A stretch of 64,000 nucleotides of DNA, taken from NCBI GenBank assembly GCA_964247055.1, contig OZ176050.1, forward strand, positions 14,136,001-14,200,000, written 5' to 3'. Below the pieces are notes generated by a model. The model saw only the letters and a program-made list of their open reading frames with translations, was not told the DNA's origin and did no database searches. The position numbers and the translations under genes were made by a program. Origin of the DNA: Paragordius varius. Lineage: Eukaryota > Animalia > Nematomorpha. Positions 51,514 through 63,637 of this stretch are shown here, in pieces (position 1 is the stretch's first letter; the number at the start of each line of letters is the position of its first letter).

Positions 51514-53905
51514 ATCACCTCTTGTCTAGCATCTTGATTATTATTATTATTATTATAGTAAAAATGGAAATTATACTAATCAAACATCGAAAAAACTACA
51601 AGGGGAGTAAATTGTCAAACCATACTTTTAAACTAGAGTCACCAAAAATTTTTAAGGAGCCTAAAAAATATTTTTCAAAATACTGATAAATTAATAGTCT
51701 TTTGACACATTTGCAGATATTTATAATACAAATAAGTACTTCTGGGCCATAAAAAAGCACTTTCATAGCTTCATGTGGCCCGTGGGCCGCTGTTTAAGTA
51801 TAACTGCTTTAAACTTTGATACATCTCCATAAATTATATTACAAATTTAAAATATCTAATTTTCGATGGTCTATACCAATTAACTTATTCTCAAAAATCG
51901 AAATGAGTTATATTTTAATCTATATAAAATGAGTAATGTCATCTTTTACAAAAAATATTTGTCATTTTATTTTGCATTTTGTACGTATAATTTCAATTTT
52001 TTCATACTTATATTAAAAGCTCGCTAAGAAACTTTATCGTAAGTTAGGAATTCGGGTATAATGCTAACATAGAATATTTCAGGTTTTCAAAGAATCTCCC
52101 ATGATTTTTTTGAACGCTCCACACATTTGGAATGTGTTTTTACACGGAGTTTCTCGATGGATTTGCATATTTAGGATTGAGATCCGTAAATACCAAAACC
52201 ATTGTTAGGATATTTTTTTGATTAACTTTAACGGTAGGTTTTAAATTTCAAATGTCAAAGAATAAGCGACGTAATAAACATGCAAATGTCAAAATTTAAA
52301 CTAGCTTTTGGAGCAACAAAGATAGTGTTTAAGCATGGAAGCAGAAACTATTGTTAAAAATGTATATGGGGGTTTTTAATTGTTTGGGATTAGGTAAAAT
52401 TAACTTTTGTTTCATTATTTTGTTTGAGAAAAGGTGTATCTAGTCAAAAAAGAATTTCGTCTTTAAAACGTTGTCATCGGTTTACTGAAAGATGATTATA
52501 GGTCTCTCTCTTTTCTAATCGGTAAATAAACTTTCAAATTAAGGCTTTAGTGCTTTTAGTTAAAGAAGTTTATTATTACAGTATCACATTTATGTTGGCC
52601 AATTGGTAATACAATACCGTATGATATAAATTTTGTCCAAAATTAAATAATATTTAATGCTGTCTGTAAGATAGTATAAAAATGTAATTAAAAAGGTTTT
52701 TTGTTTTTTACCAATGCGGTATTGTGTTGCCGATTGGCTAAATTCTAAACATAAATGTGCACACTTTATATTATTATTATTATAATTATTATTAATTTTG
52801 CCCTCTCTAAAATAAGACCAGTGGGTGTGATGGTAAAAAAACACTATATTACTTCTGGCAAGTTATTATACTCTAATAATGATAAATTGTATATTTTTTA
52901 TACATTTGCAAATTAATACTATGAAAAATTATAATTAATTGATGTTTAAAATTAGATCCAGTTAAATTGAGTGAGGAATGGGGGATCTCTCTCAAGATGA
53001 ACAAAATCCATTATATAAATAAACAATTTTTTTTGAAATATAATTAGAACTCAATTTACAACTTTTTGAATTTGTTGTTCATTTAATTTGTAATTGGGAA
53101 TTAATAAATGATTAATCTAATTTAAAGTGTTTAAACCAAAATGGTATGATCCAAATTTATATTGCCAAGGTCTTATATTGAACCTACGTTTTTTGGTTCT
53201 TGTATCATTTGTGATTTCTCAGATAAGACTGTTCAAAGTTGTAATAAGAGTGTTTTGCTCCTTGTATTAATAACTTGCTTATCAAAATCACATTATCAAT
53301 TTAAAGTGTTTATTTGTTAATCATATTATACAGACATATATAGTCAGTTAAATTTCGGTCGAAAAAAATAAAATCATTCAGGTGTATCATAAAAACGCAT
53401 AAAAAATTAGTCAAAAAGTATAAGTGTCTATTCACTGGTTTCTTCCTGATAAAATGAAGACGCTTAACCATATTAATAAATGGGCCATTTTTGCTATATA
53501 TTCAATAATTTAGGGTTTTTAAATTCTCTATTAACATTCTCTCTAATATCATAGCCTTTATATTAGTATATCATTGTTATTTATATAAAAATACTCTACA
53601 TTATATAATGTGAGATTAATAACTGTGCGTTTTGGCGTAGACGTCGCCGCGTGAAATGGCGGAAACGAAAGGGAGAACGTTGGCGTTGCGAGGCTCGTCG
53701 TATAATTTGCGTCATGGCGGTCTCTGCTTAGTTCTCGGTCTTTCCGCCAATCTCGCCTACCATGGCCCTAACTCTCATCACTTTTGGTAATAATCTAATC
53801 ACAATACTGAACCCACCCTACCAATTCCTTCTCATATGTGAATTATAAGCTTTTTTGAAATTGACATTTATTGAAAACATATTTTTGTTTAACTTTACAT
53901 TCGGC

Positions 53906-56058
53906 CAGTGGCGTACAGAGCATTTGCGGCGCCCGGGGCATAAAACTGTTATTGCGCCCTCCCCCTCCTTTCTTGAAAGTCAATAAAACAATTTAAAAAA
54001 GATACAAACGTCCTTAAATGCTGCATTAAAATTAATTTTAGAATCCTGCAATCTATGTTAAACCCAATCGATTCTTCTAAATATTTGATGCCAGAAAAAA
54101 ATTACTGTGAAAAAATTTCAATTTAAAACATGAATTAAAACGGATGTCACTAGTATTTGAAGTATATTTACTTAAATCTTTTAATAGCTCTCTCAAATCT
54201 ATTCCCTCACAATGGGATCAACTTGAACAGCACTCAATCTGGTGTCAGGCGCTTAACAGTATAGTTTATCTTTTAAAAGGTCCCATCTAATAGTTGAACG
54301 TAGTAAAAAGATATATTTTCAATTATTCCGAAACAGGTTACAACATTAACATCTTGTTTTGCTACCGTGACTCCTACTAAATTCTAGGAATGATTGTCAT
54401 CGTTGACATATATTGCTCTTTTATTTTTTTTAAGAATTCTTTGTTGAACGCATAAAACATGACCCAACATCATTTATCATAGCATTGAGTACAATATGAT
54501 AACGAATATTATCCATATTTAGATTTTCTAAAATTACATTTTAAATTGACATTGCATCTTTGCTGAAAAACTAAAAAAGACCCAAAAAGGATTTTTTGAC
54601 AACGTTCTTTTCTTATAATCAATAAACACATACCTGACAACTAATTTGTTCTCGATGGGCATTATCTGGCGTTGAGATATAAGTCCATAATATTTACTTT
54701 TTTTATGTCATCGATCAATTTAGCTTTAACTCTTGAAACTAAAAGATGTATAAATTCGTTTTGGATTTTGGGCGAAACATAGGATAAAGTGTTAGAAGAT
54801 TCAATTTTTCGCCTGTGTTTTCCCATTATTGGGTCAAACTGACCTACAAGAAGTTTTAGTAAAGATAAGAGGTTTTCAGATTTGGTGCTGAGTCATCTAG
54901 ATACATTAAACTTTTAACATGTCAAAAGAGAGATTTTGGGTGCTTAGAAATTTTATGCAGGCCAATATTAGATGTTTCCGATTGTATGTGAGCTTCTAGA
55001 CCATAATTAAATCCTGTTTTATTTATCAATCTTCTTTCTGCCTCTTTCCAAGTAGTAATGCTTTTCGATGATTGTATTTTCATGATGAATTAATTTATCT
55101 TTTCCTTCATTTATTAAAACCATGCGTAGTTATAAAAGATGATGGTAAGGAATTAGATCGTTCAAAAAGTAGGCAAAAAAACAATACATCTGTTCTTTGG
55201 TGAATATAAAAGCCAGGACCTCTTAACTTCAAATCCTTCTTTTTTACCGACCCGTCGAAAAAACCAAGATTGGGGCATTGAACGATTATTTTTGTTTCAA
55301 AGAGTTTGCATTTATTTTGAAATCCTTGAGAACCACGAATAATCATTTCTGTGCGAAGTTATTTATATATTACGGGAACATGATTATTAGTAAATTTTAA
55401 AAAGGCGACATCATGAAACTCAATAGGTATAGCGCTTGGAATTACTAATGGTATATTTATAGTTTTCTCATATCTATTGGATCTATAACTAGTGTATCAG
55501 GTGTATTTAAGTTATTATTATTAAGGAGTACCGTTATGTTTGAGTCGCATACACTTTTTTCAATGTTATGGTCAGATATTTTCGTCAAAAGGTTTGATAC
55601 TCATTTTCATTTTATTTGTTTAATTCTCTTTCTGGATTTTTCGTTTCCTATTTGCCTAACCACCGAGTTTAGGCATTTATATCTCATGAAAATGAAAGTA
55701 ATTATAAAATACAAGGCTGTATTAATAATAAAAACCTAACTTGTTAGAGATGGAATGAACTTGGGGATTTAAATGAAAAATTTGGATTTTGAAATTGAAA
55801 ATAATTAATATATAAATGCAATTGTTATAATAATTTAATTAAAGGCAATAATAATAGAATCAACAATATGTGCGTAATAACGTTTTTTATAATATTTTAT
55901 CTTGGTCTCATTTATTAATTTTTATATTATTTTAAGATTATTACGTAAATTGCTGAAAAATCTTAAAGTTATTATTATTTTTGCATAATTTAAATTTAAT
56001 TTAAAAATCATTTACGCGACCCTAAATAACGGCACCCCCTTGCCCCCTCCATCGACAT
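53906..56058 (-). mobile_element. hAT (Tip100/ZMYM1-like, DUF4371-type) transposon remnant
   Basis: CAGTGGCGTAC terminus at 53906; minus-strand remnants SFITTHGFNK, SYVSPKIQNEFIHLL, IKKSKYYGLI..TPDNAHREQIS; right end eroded. Confidence 0.8.
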
Positions 56059-56139
56059 GATTATTAGTAATATTCGAAAATTCATAGATGTTTTAAACTA
56101 ATTATATTGTTGAGGAATATACATTAATATATTATTGTA

Positions 56140-56424
56140 CAGTAAAAATTGAAATTATACGGACAAACGTAAAAATATAAAGACAATGTTTTTATTGAAA
56201 GACTGTTGTGCTTTTTTAAACTGGATTTTTTAAACATCTAATGTTTTAAATTACATATTATATCAAATAAGGATTTTGTATGATAACACAATCAATTATA
56301 TATTCTACAATCGTAATTAATTAGTTTTTATAGAAAGATCAAGGTTAGTATGGTTAGTTCTATGTTAAAAAAATATTTTCATATTTTTACGTTTTGCCCT
56401 TCTGTATAATTGTAGTTTTTACTG
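56140..56424. mobile_element. Tc1/mariner-type MITE
   Basis: TA|CAGTAAAAATTGAAATTATACGGACAAACG ... TTTTTACTG|TA; related copies at 63638-64000. Confidence 0.75.
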
Positions 56425-56698
56425 TAATAAACGGGAAGAGCATTTAGAAAGCACCAACTATGGAATCGATTTGGAAACACCAACTCGCATTTTAATTCTT
56501 CACTGTTCGACCTTTAATCAAAGTAATATTATTTACATTGAAAATTAAAAGATAACTAACAAATATTATATAAAAAATTCAAATTATTAATGTAATTGTG
56601 AAATATAAAGTCTCAACCCAAAACATTGACTCCCTTTATAAACTATTATTTTTTGCAAAAGAGAAATATTTTTTATCTTTATAACTTTGTAATACTAG

Positions 56699-56843
56699 TA
56701 CTACTGTTAAAGGCAAAGGAGGCAATTGGGAAAATAGTTTGAAACAATCGTTGAATGTTGAGAGCGCAGTTCTTTTCAGTCTCGGACTTTTGCATCAACA
56801 AACTTGCAATGAACATTTCACCAATATTATGTTAAGGAAATTG
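56699..56843 (+). CDS. Candidate exon of gene C (TTVKGKGGNWENSLKQSLNVESAVLFSLGLLHQQTCNEHFTNIMLRKL)
   Basis: tactAG| and TTG|GTATGG boundaries, open frame, phase 2 to 0, less AT-rich than its flanks. Confidence 0.6.
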
Positions 56844-56910
56844 GTATGGTATAGTATTGTGTAACATTAAAATTTAAATTTTTGAAGCCCCGATATGTAA
56901 TTTAAATATA

Positions 56911-57201
56911 TACCATTTACACTTCAAATATACCCTTAAACACTTCAAATATACTCTTAAACAATTCAAATTCACTCCCTAAAAATAATTAAGTGTTTTT
57001 TAAGATTAAATAACCTATATTTTTACTATATTTTTAAAAAATGAAATATTGTTAATAATACTGAAAAAATAATAAACTGTCATAAAGATAACCGTATTAA
57101 CAATGAGTTATATTAGCTGCCCGAAACCACATTTTATTTTTAGCGTGAATTTAATTGTTCAACTGTGAATTTTTATTGATGAATTTGAATTGTAAATGGT
57201 A
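56911..57201. mobile_element. Foldback MITE, type c
   Basis: TACCATTTACACTTC...TTGTAAATGGTA with degenerate 21-bp repeats. Confidence 0.7.
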
Positions 57202-57278
57202 ATATATAATTATAAATAGTTGTTTAGAAAAAAAAATACTTCAACTTTATTATTTTTTGAATCCCTCAAACTTATATC

Positions 57279-58205
57279 TAGGGTTTTGCCCATTAGCCAA
57301 TGACCTAGAGTCATGACCTAGGTCTTGACCATGGTCACAACCACGAAAAAAATTACGTGAATCAATTTTTTTATTTTTTTAATTTTATAATTTTTAGGAA
57401 AACAAAACCTTATATTATTTATTTTACTGCTTTAAATATCATATGACACACTTTTCTTTACTTCCTAAATCAAATTACGAATGAAGAAAAATTTAAAATA
57501 AGTTCATTAAAATTATATGACAGAAGGTGATAATAGAAAGCAAGCTAAGTATTTAATTTCTTAAGTTTAGTCTTGAAAATTCTGTTTTCAAGAAGAAATT
57601 AGCCAAAACATTTAGCAAAATTTATTTTTACATCCTCAACTCTTAACATATTTGAAAATAAACATATTCTGAGATTCATCCATAGTTTAAAACCAAATTA
57701 TGTTATTCCAAATAGAAAACAGGGTTCCAATAAATTACTAGATTATGTTATGAAGACTATTAATAGAAGTTGATTAATATGTAAAAATAATATTTCATTA
57801 ATCGTCAATTTCTTCACCATTATTCGTAGGAATGAAATAATTAATATTATTGGCCAAGGATTCCAAAAATCATTTTTTATTAGGTCTATTGACACATCTT
57901 ATCATAGAAAGATTGCCGAATATATCTATAACATAATGGAACCAATTATAAATATTGGAAATTTAAAAATTTATGCCATTGTGACTGATAGCGAACATGA
58001 AAGCTGCTGGAAATTTGATTAATAAAGAATATCTTAATATAATATGGCAATTGTACAAATTTAAATTATCAATATTGGTGAAAGTATAATTTTAAAAAAA
58101 TATATACTTTATGTAAAAACCTTTTTTATGTAATTATCAAGTATTTATGTATGTAGTTATTGATTATTGGCAATAACATATGGTATGACCTAGGTCGAAC
58201 CCCCT
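57279..58205 (+). mobile_element. Decayed hAT-like (DUF659-type) transposon fragment
   Basis: LKPNYVIPNRK, KIYAIVTDSE..MKAAG remnants; ATGACCTAG subterminal repeats near both ends. Confidence 0.55.
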
Positions 58206-58241
58206 TTTGGTTTCATTTTCAAATATAAATTTATGATGTAG

Positions 58242-58485
58242 AATGTTTCTCCATTCAAACTCAATGGGAATTTTACGGCAATAACAATGCCTCTAATGCT
58301 AACATTACCCATATTGGACAAAAGAGTAATTTGTTGTGTGCTGGACTAGCGCTTAAGCATTAATTTTGGCGTATTTCATTATATATTTAATTTTATATAG
58401 AGAGCTTGGAAAGAATCCAAAAGGCACACCGAAACACTTACACGGATTCAAGAAAAGCTTGGGGAATGCATTCTCAAAGAACAAT
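58242..58485 (+). CDS. Gene C, two candidate exons (58242-58325 and ~58405-58485); frame and acceptor ambiguous
   Basis: AG/GT-bounded open segments separated by an AT-rich gap of ~75 nt. A phase-0 reading gives NVSPFK..LDKR / LGKNPKG..GFKKSLGNAFSKNN; three adjacent AGs make the acceptor uncertain. Confidence 0.45.
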
Positions 58486-58946
58486 GTAATTCTCTTACTT
58501 TAATTAAGTAATTAGGCTAATAAAGGAATAATTTCAAATATTTCAAAGTTACGTCACAAATTGAAATTATAGGGTTATAACAATACCTGAAAATAAAAGA
58601 CCAATTGCTTCAAAAAAGCAATCATACTTTCAAACCATTAATCTTCACTTAAATTGTATAAAATTTTAAATAATAAAATGATAACCAAAATAACACTTCT
58701 ATCCCCTCAACTTAAAACGAATAGTTATGAATAAATATGGTTGTTTTTATTAATGTATTTATCATTTATATTTTAGTTTTTTACGTTTTGTCTCAAAATT
58801 TCCATTTTTACTTATTACTATTAAGCGTTTTTAATTTTTTAAAAGGTATGTATTTAAGGCGTAAAGTAGTTTCATAAAATAATTTTATCAGTAATTATTT
58901 TCTTAATTTTAAATTTTTTTGGTAAAATTTATCTTTTATTGCTCAG

Positions 58947-59786
58947 TTGTCTATAAATGATACCTACTTTGGCGCAATGGTGGCTTTGCTAATCTTTTTT
59001 AGATCCAATTAGTAACTATTGATAATTTATTATTTATATAGTCTAATATCAATGTATACTCTTAGATCCTTTTCTAATCTTATTTGGTAATATTATTAAA
59101 TTTTTTATAAAAATATTAAATTTAATTAAATATTTGATATGACAGCAAAACATTGGTTGACTCTCACCTTATAATTCCGAATAAGCTTAAAGACGTTTTA
59201 ACCATCAAACCCGATTTTCTTATGATGAATATGATAACTATTTGGTTCATTCTCTATGATGAGATTGAAGATCCTTGCCATTTCATGAATCTTTCGATTC
59301 GACAAATGACACCAGAGTATGTGACATTACTTTTTAGAGAATATTTTTTTATACATAAAAAGTGGTCGAATAAATGAAAAAGCTTTTCATATATATTAAT
59401 GATTTTTCGGGTTACTTAACTTTTTATAATCCCTGATGGGTTTTTATAATTTAGGGTTTTTAAACATGTTAAGTGGCTACAACCTCCTCTAACATACTAT
59501 TATAAGGCTATAATACATCTGATTTCTAATATCATAGTTTGATCACTTATATATCTATTTTTGCTTATTGTTAAATAAAAAGAATAAAAATATATTTTTA
59601 TGGGGTCATATAATATAATTTTAGAACGGTGTAGAACAACATTTGTTGTTATGTAAAGAACTTCTCTCAGACGAATCCTCAATGAACAAAGTATTGGCTT
59701 TAATCAATGGAAACTTTCAGGATGCTCTTCAGATTATGTATTCACATTCATATAATATACAAAAGATACCTGCATATCAATCTTAA
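58947..59786 (+). CDS. Gene C 3' exons (58947-59011, 59042-59086, 59146-59316, 59455-59536, 59625-59786); possible divergent nuclear-receptor ligand-binding domain
   Basis: Five GT-AG-bounded exons whose phases chain (0-2, 2-2, 2-2, 2-0, 0-stop) into LSINDTYFGAMVALLIFFRSNYLISMYTLRSFSNLICKTLVDSHL..FLMMNMITIWFILYDEIEDP..EQHLLLCKELLSDE..QS*. Product call is tentative. Confidence 0.6.
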
Positions 59787-60109
59787 TTTATAATAAAGAG
59801 TCGCGATTTTTCATGTTAAAAATATATTCATATATTAGGATTAGGGTTGTTAAATAATGTTTAAATGGATATTTATATATCACAATCTCCTATATAAAAA
59901 TTAGCTAAATTTAATTTCGCAATGCGGCTCTTTATTAAACCATGACTTTAAATTATATATTCTAAGTATTGTGGCCAACAAAGTCCTATTGCAACCTCCC
60001 CGCGGTGTTGGCTGGGGCATGAAAATGCGCTAACGGCAAAGGCCAGTTTTCTAATGATCTGTAAAATCATTAGTTGTACACAAGGGCATGTGTTACGTAA
60101 AAAATTGCC

Positions 60110-60490
60110 TCAATAAACCATGAAGTATAATAATATGAATATGAACTCAAAACTCCTAACCAGTGAGAACCGAATACTCAAAAGCTGCTTTCGCACACCA
60201 GAATTACCAATTTTCATTAAACAAACCGATAAAATCGACTATCTAATTCAAACCAACAGATTGCGTCTATACGGTCATACTCAGAAGAGACGCCACTCAT
60301 CCGTTAAAAACTGTTGAAAACATTAATGTTGATGGCAATAGAAGAAAGGGACGACCACTCTTTTCTTATAATGATAATATAAAAATGGACTTGAATCAAC
60401 GCAGCCTTTCCACAGAACAATGTAAGGATCGTAACTTATGGAGGAAACTACTTTGTGGATACAAAACTCCGAATATGGAGTCCTAAAATT
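60110..60490 (+). mobile_element. 5'-truncated RTE-like LINE 3' end
   Basis: SENRILK..IQTNRLRLYGHTQ..VDGNRRKGRP..DNIKMDL..DRNLWRKL. Confidence 0.75.
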
Positions 60491-62457
60491 ATCCATCCAT
60501 CTAAGTATTGTCTTTTCAAAATCAATTTAATAATTTATTTTAATGCATTTAGATTATGTAAAACGCCATATTCGCAGGCAAAGCCTTTGTCATTGCCTTA
60601 AAGTATTGCGGGATTCACGATTTCACTTTGGACCAAATGATGGTAGTACTTTACAAAAAATAAAATTATTTTACACAATGTGGGTACGATATGTTTGAAT
60701 CGGGAAAAATATATCGATCTTCATAGTTTAAAGTAAATGAATACAAATTACCTAGATGATATTAATAGCGAGTTTTACATAAGAAACTTGTAAGAGTACT
60801 TATATAACATAAGTTATGGTTTAGTTAATGTGATCAGATAGGCTGTTTTTCGCAGTACAGTACTGTGTTTAAACTGCGCCTGTACTGCACCCACTTTTGT
60901 ACTGCTTTTGTTAAATTAAAAAATTTAATATATAATAATTACTTTTTAATTATTCAAAAATATTATTTTTGAATTTAATATAGTATCCTCTGTAAAAATA
61001 ACCCCATGATTTATAAAGATATGGTTCATTTTGCGGTAAAAAACTGAAATTGACCTATTTTTAATTGGTTAATATTTTATTATCTCCTCGAATTATACAT
61101 AAAACTTAGGATTGCAGCCTTTCGCGCAGTGGCGAATAAATCTCCAACTCCACCGTATTTGACTAATGGCTCTTTCACTCAGGGCCGCAAAAAGAGGCGC
61201 CTCAAAATTTAAAATTAACAAAATATATTTATGATATTTTAATAAATGTTTGATCAGGTTTAGAAAGTTCATTTTTTGTTATCAAACGGAAAATTATATA
61301 AAAAATTGGATTCCCATACATATTATTTAAAATTTATCATATATGAATATGATTTCGAAATAACCTGTTTTATTATAAAATTAAGAATTTTTTACTCTAT
61401 ACTCATTAGGTTAAGAATAAACTATTTCTTAATTTTTTTCCTAAACTTTAATTTTTAGTTTTCTTATTTTTCACTTAAACAAATTTGAGATATTTTGTTG
61501 AAGCGTACTTAAAACTATTTTGAAGCATGATGGAAACGGTGTAATGCTTTAAGATATATTAAAACCCCTTTTCTAAATAATTCAATGATGTCGAATACTA
61601 TAGGTTGAGAATTTTAATTTTAAGGTTTGTTTGCTTGCAAATTTTGGTAAATTTTTGAAAAAAACATAATAATTTTTATTGTTAGCCTTAGCGAATTATA
61701 ATATATAAAGTGTTATAACATCTCAACCGTTTATATCGTTTCCATCATGTTGAAAATAGTAAGAAGTATGTTTCAACAAAATGCTAAAAATTAAAATTTT
61801 GAAAGTATGCATTTTTAAAAAATATATTTAGTTTATATAAAAATTTAGCACATATTCAATATTGCACAATGTCGAAAGCCTGCGTTTATTTTAAGAGAAC
61901 AGTCCATTTTAAAATAGCCAAAAAATTTGGGATTTTTAGAGCTCACATCTAAAAATTTAAAATTTTTAATATTGTTTTGCTTTTTATATGTAGTTTATGT
62001 TATATTTTAGTGTTATATTTTGAAATAAAGCATATATTCACCAAAATATTTTGAAAAATTGCGCACCTTTTGCAATTTTATACCGATACACAAAAGTGTA
62101 AATAATTTTCTTTAATAACTAAAGGTTAAAACCAAAAGCACCATGATAATCCTGTTATTTTCCTACCAGAATATATATATATATATATATATTTCATCAA
62201 GATATTTTTTTGTGGAAACTGTGTAATATACCACACCGATGGTGTAAAAACAGGCAGCTTTAATTTTGTACTGCGACATAGTTCAAAATATCTGGCCACA
62301 TTAGGTTTAGTATTTTAATTCTTTTTCGAATTCGCAGGTATTTAAAGAATTTACAAATACGATTTAAGAGTTTGTAATGGTTAAGTTTTATTGTATACAG
62401 ATAAAGCATATTAAACAAATTCAACAAGAGCTGGAATTTCTCTCCAACTAACTGAAG

Positions 62458-63130
62458 GCAATCCTTCTCAACAATCCTCTCAAAGGCAATCCACACCCAT
62501 TTGGCCCAACAATCTTTACTATCAAAATTTGGAGGTGTGTTTAAACGCTTTCCTCATCTCCCTTGCTATGGTAAAATAATATAAATACCATCATCAATTT
62601 TAACTTATCCCTTAATGCATATTAAAGTAAAGATTAAAATTACACCACAGACACAAAACGTAAAAAATAACGACAGGTAATTTTTTAAAGGTACACATAC
62701 TTTTTTAAAACCTTCATTTTTCCTATATAAATTAGGAAATTTGTAAATGATTGTGTATTTACCATATCTTATCAAACAATGAGTTATGTAAAAATGTATA
62801 AAACATTGCACGGGTTTTTGAAATATTTGTCCTTATATTTTTACGTTTTTCTCGTAAGATAACTTTTCTTTTATAGCTGATAAGATTATGGCAGGTTCGT
62901 GTAATGTTAAATGTTTGGATATATTTCGAAGTTGCCTCGATTTTTGCAATTACAAAATGATTCACAATGAAAAGGTAGGAGGTACTCATACTCGACATAA
63001 AAACAACCAAAATTATACGAAAAATGAAACAGAAATAGCATTTCACGAGCCAGATATTTTGGCGAATTTTGCTGCGCACTTGTATGGAGATGATGTAACA
63101 TATGACAAGGAATATGGTTTTCTATTATAA
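62458..63130 (+). CDS. Two candidate exons of an unknown gene (62458-62570; 62877-62974 or to stop at 63130)
   Basis: TATG|GTAAAA donor and ttttcttttatAG| acceptor are phase-compatible: ..KRFPHLPCY-A-DKIMAGSCNVKCLDIFRSCLDFCNYK... Family not recognised. Confidence 0.4.
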
Positions 63131-63637
63131 TACTTTTCATACCTCTAAAAAAATGTTTGAATCGGTTTTGAACCTGTATAGTTTTAAACCTTTAACAATG
63201 AATAGTTAAAATGAAATATTAAAAAAATAATATTATTAAATTCATAGAAAGCCATATTTTTAAAACTTTGGTGTACGATATAAAAACAGAAAAAATATGC
63301 TTTTTTCGCTTATAGAATATTTTTCTTTTATTTTTATGTTCCTGATAACCATGTTCTAGTTCTAGACTCTGGTTAATCCTAATCTTAATATATGTATTTT
63401 AGGTTTTTCACAACTTTATTGATAGCAAACAATAAAATATATTAAAAATTTTGAAATTTGGTTTTCTTAATTATAAAAAAATGTCTATTTAATTTTTATA
63501 TTTTTGCTATATTGTTTTAGATATCATTATTCACTTTTGGCTCCAGACTTTATTGAAAAAAACTATATTTCAAGTTTTGATAAATTTTGTTAATTTTATT
63601 TATGTATCATATATATATGTAAATACTTATTTTATTA

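Larger units (their letters stand above)
45000..52370 (+). repeat. Segmental duplication block B
   Basis: Collinear with 15700-30200 (see block A). Confidence 0.9.

Noticed and set aside
52560-53320. Possible small exons (minus-strand EFSQSATQYRIG, CFFTITPTG; plus-strand CIICD as a nuclear-receptor zinc finger start)
   Set aside because: No consistent phase chain or complete motif; AG/GT pairs arise readily by chance here.
56700-56830. Minus-strand reading ALNIQRLFQTIFPIASFAFN resembling a Cys-loop channel M4
   Set aside because: No splice acceptor after the upstream stop on that strand, whereas the plus strand has both splice sites and an open frame.
62440-62520. Minus-strand IVGPNGCG as an ABC Walker A motif
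   Set aside because: It lacks the essential GK[ST] and is bounded by stops.
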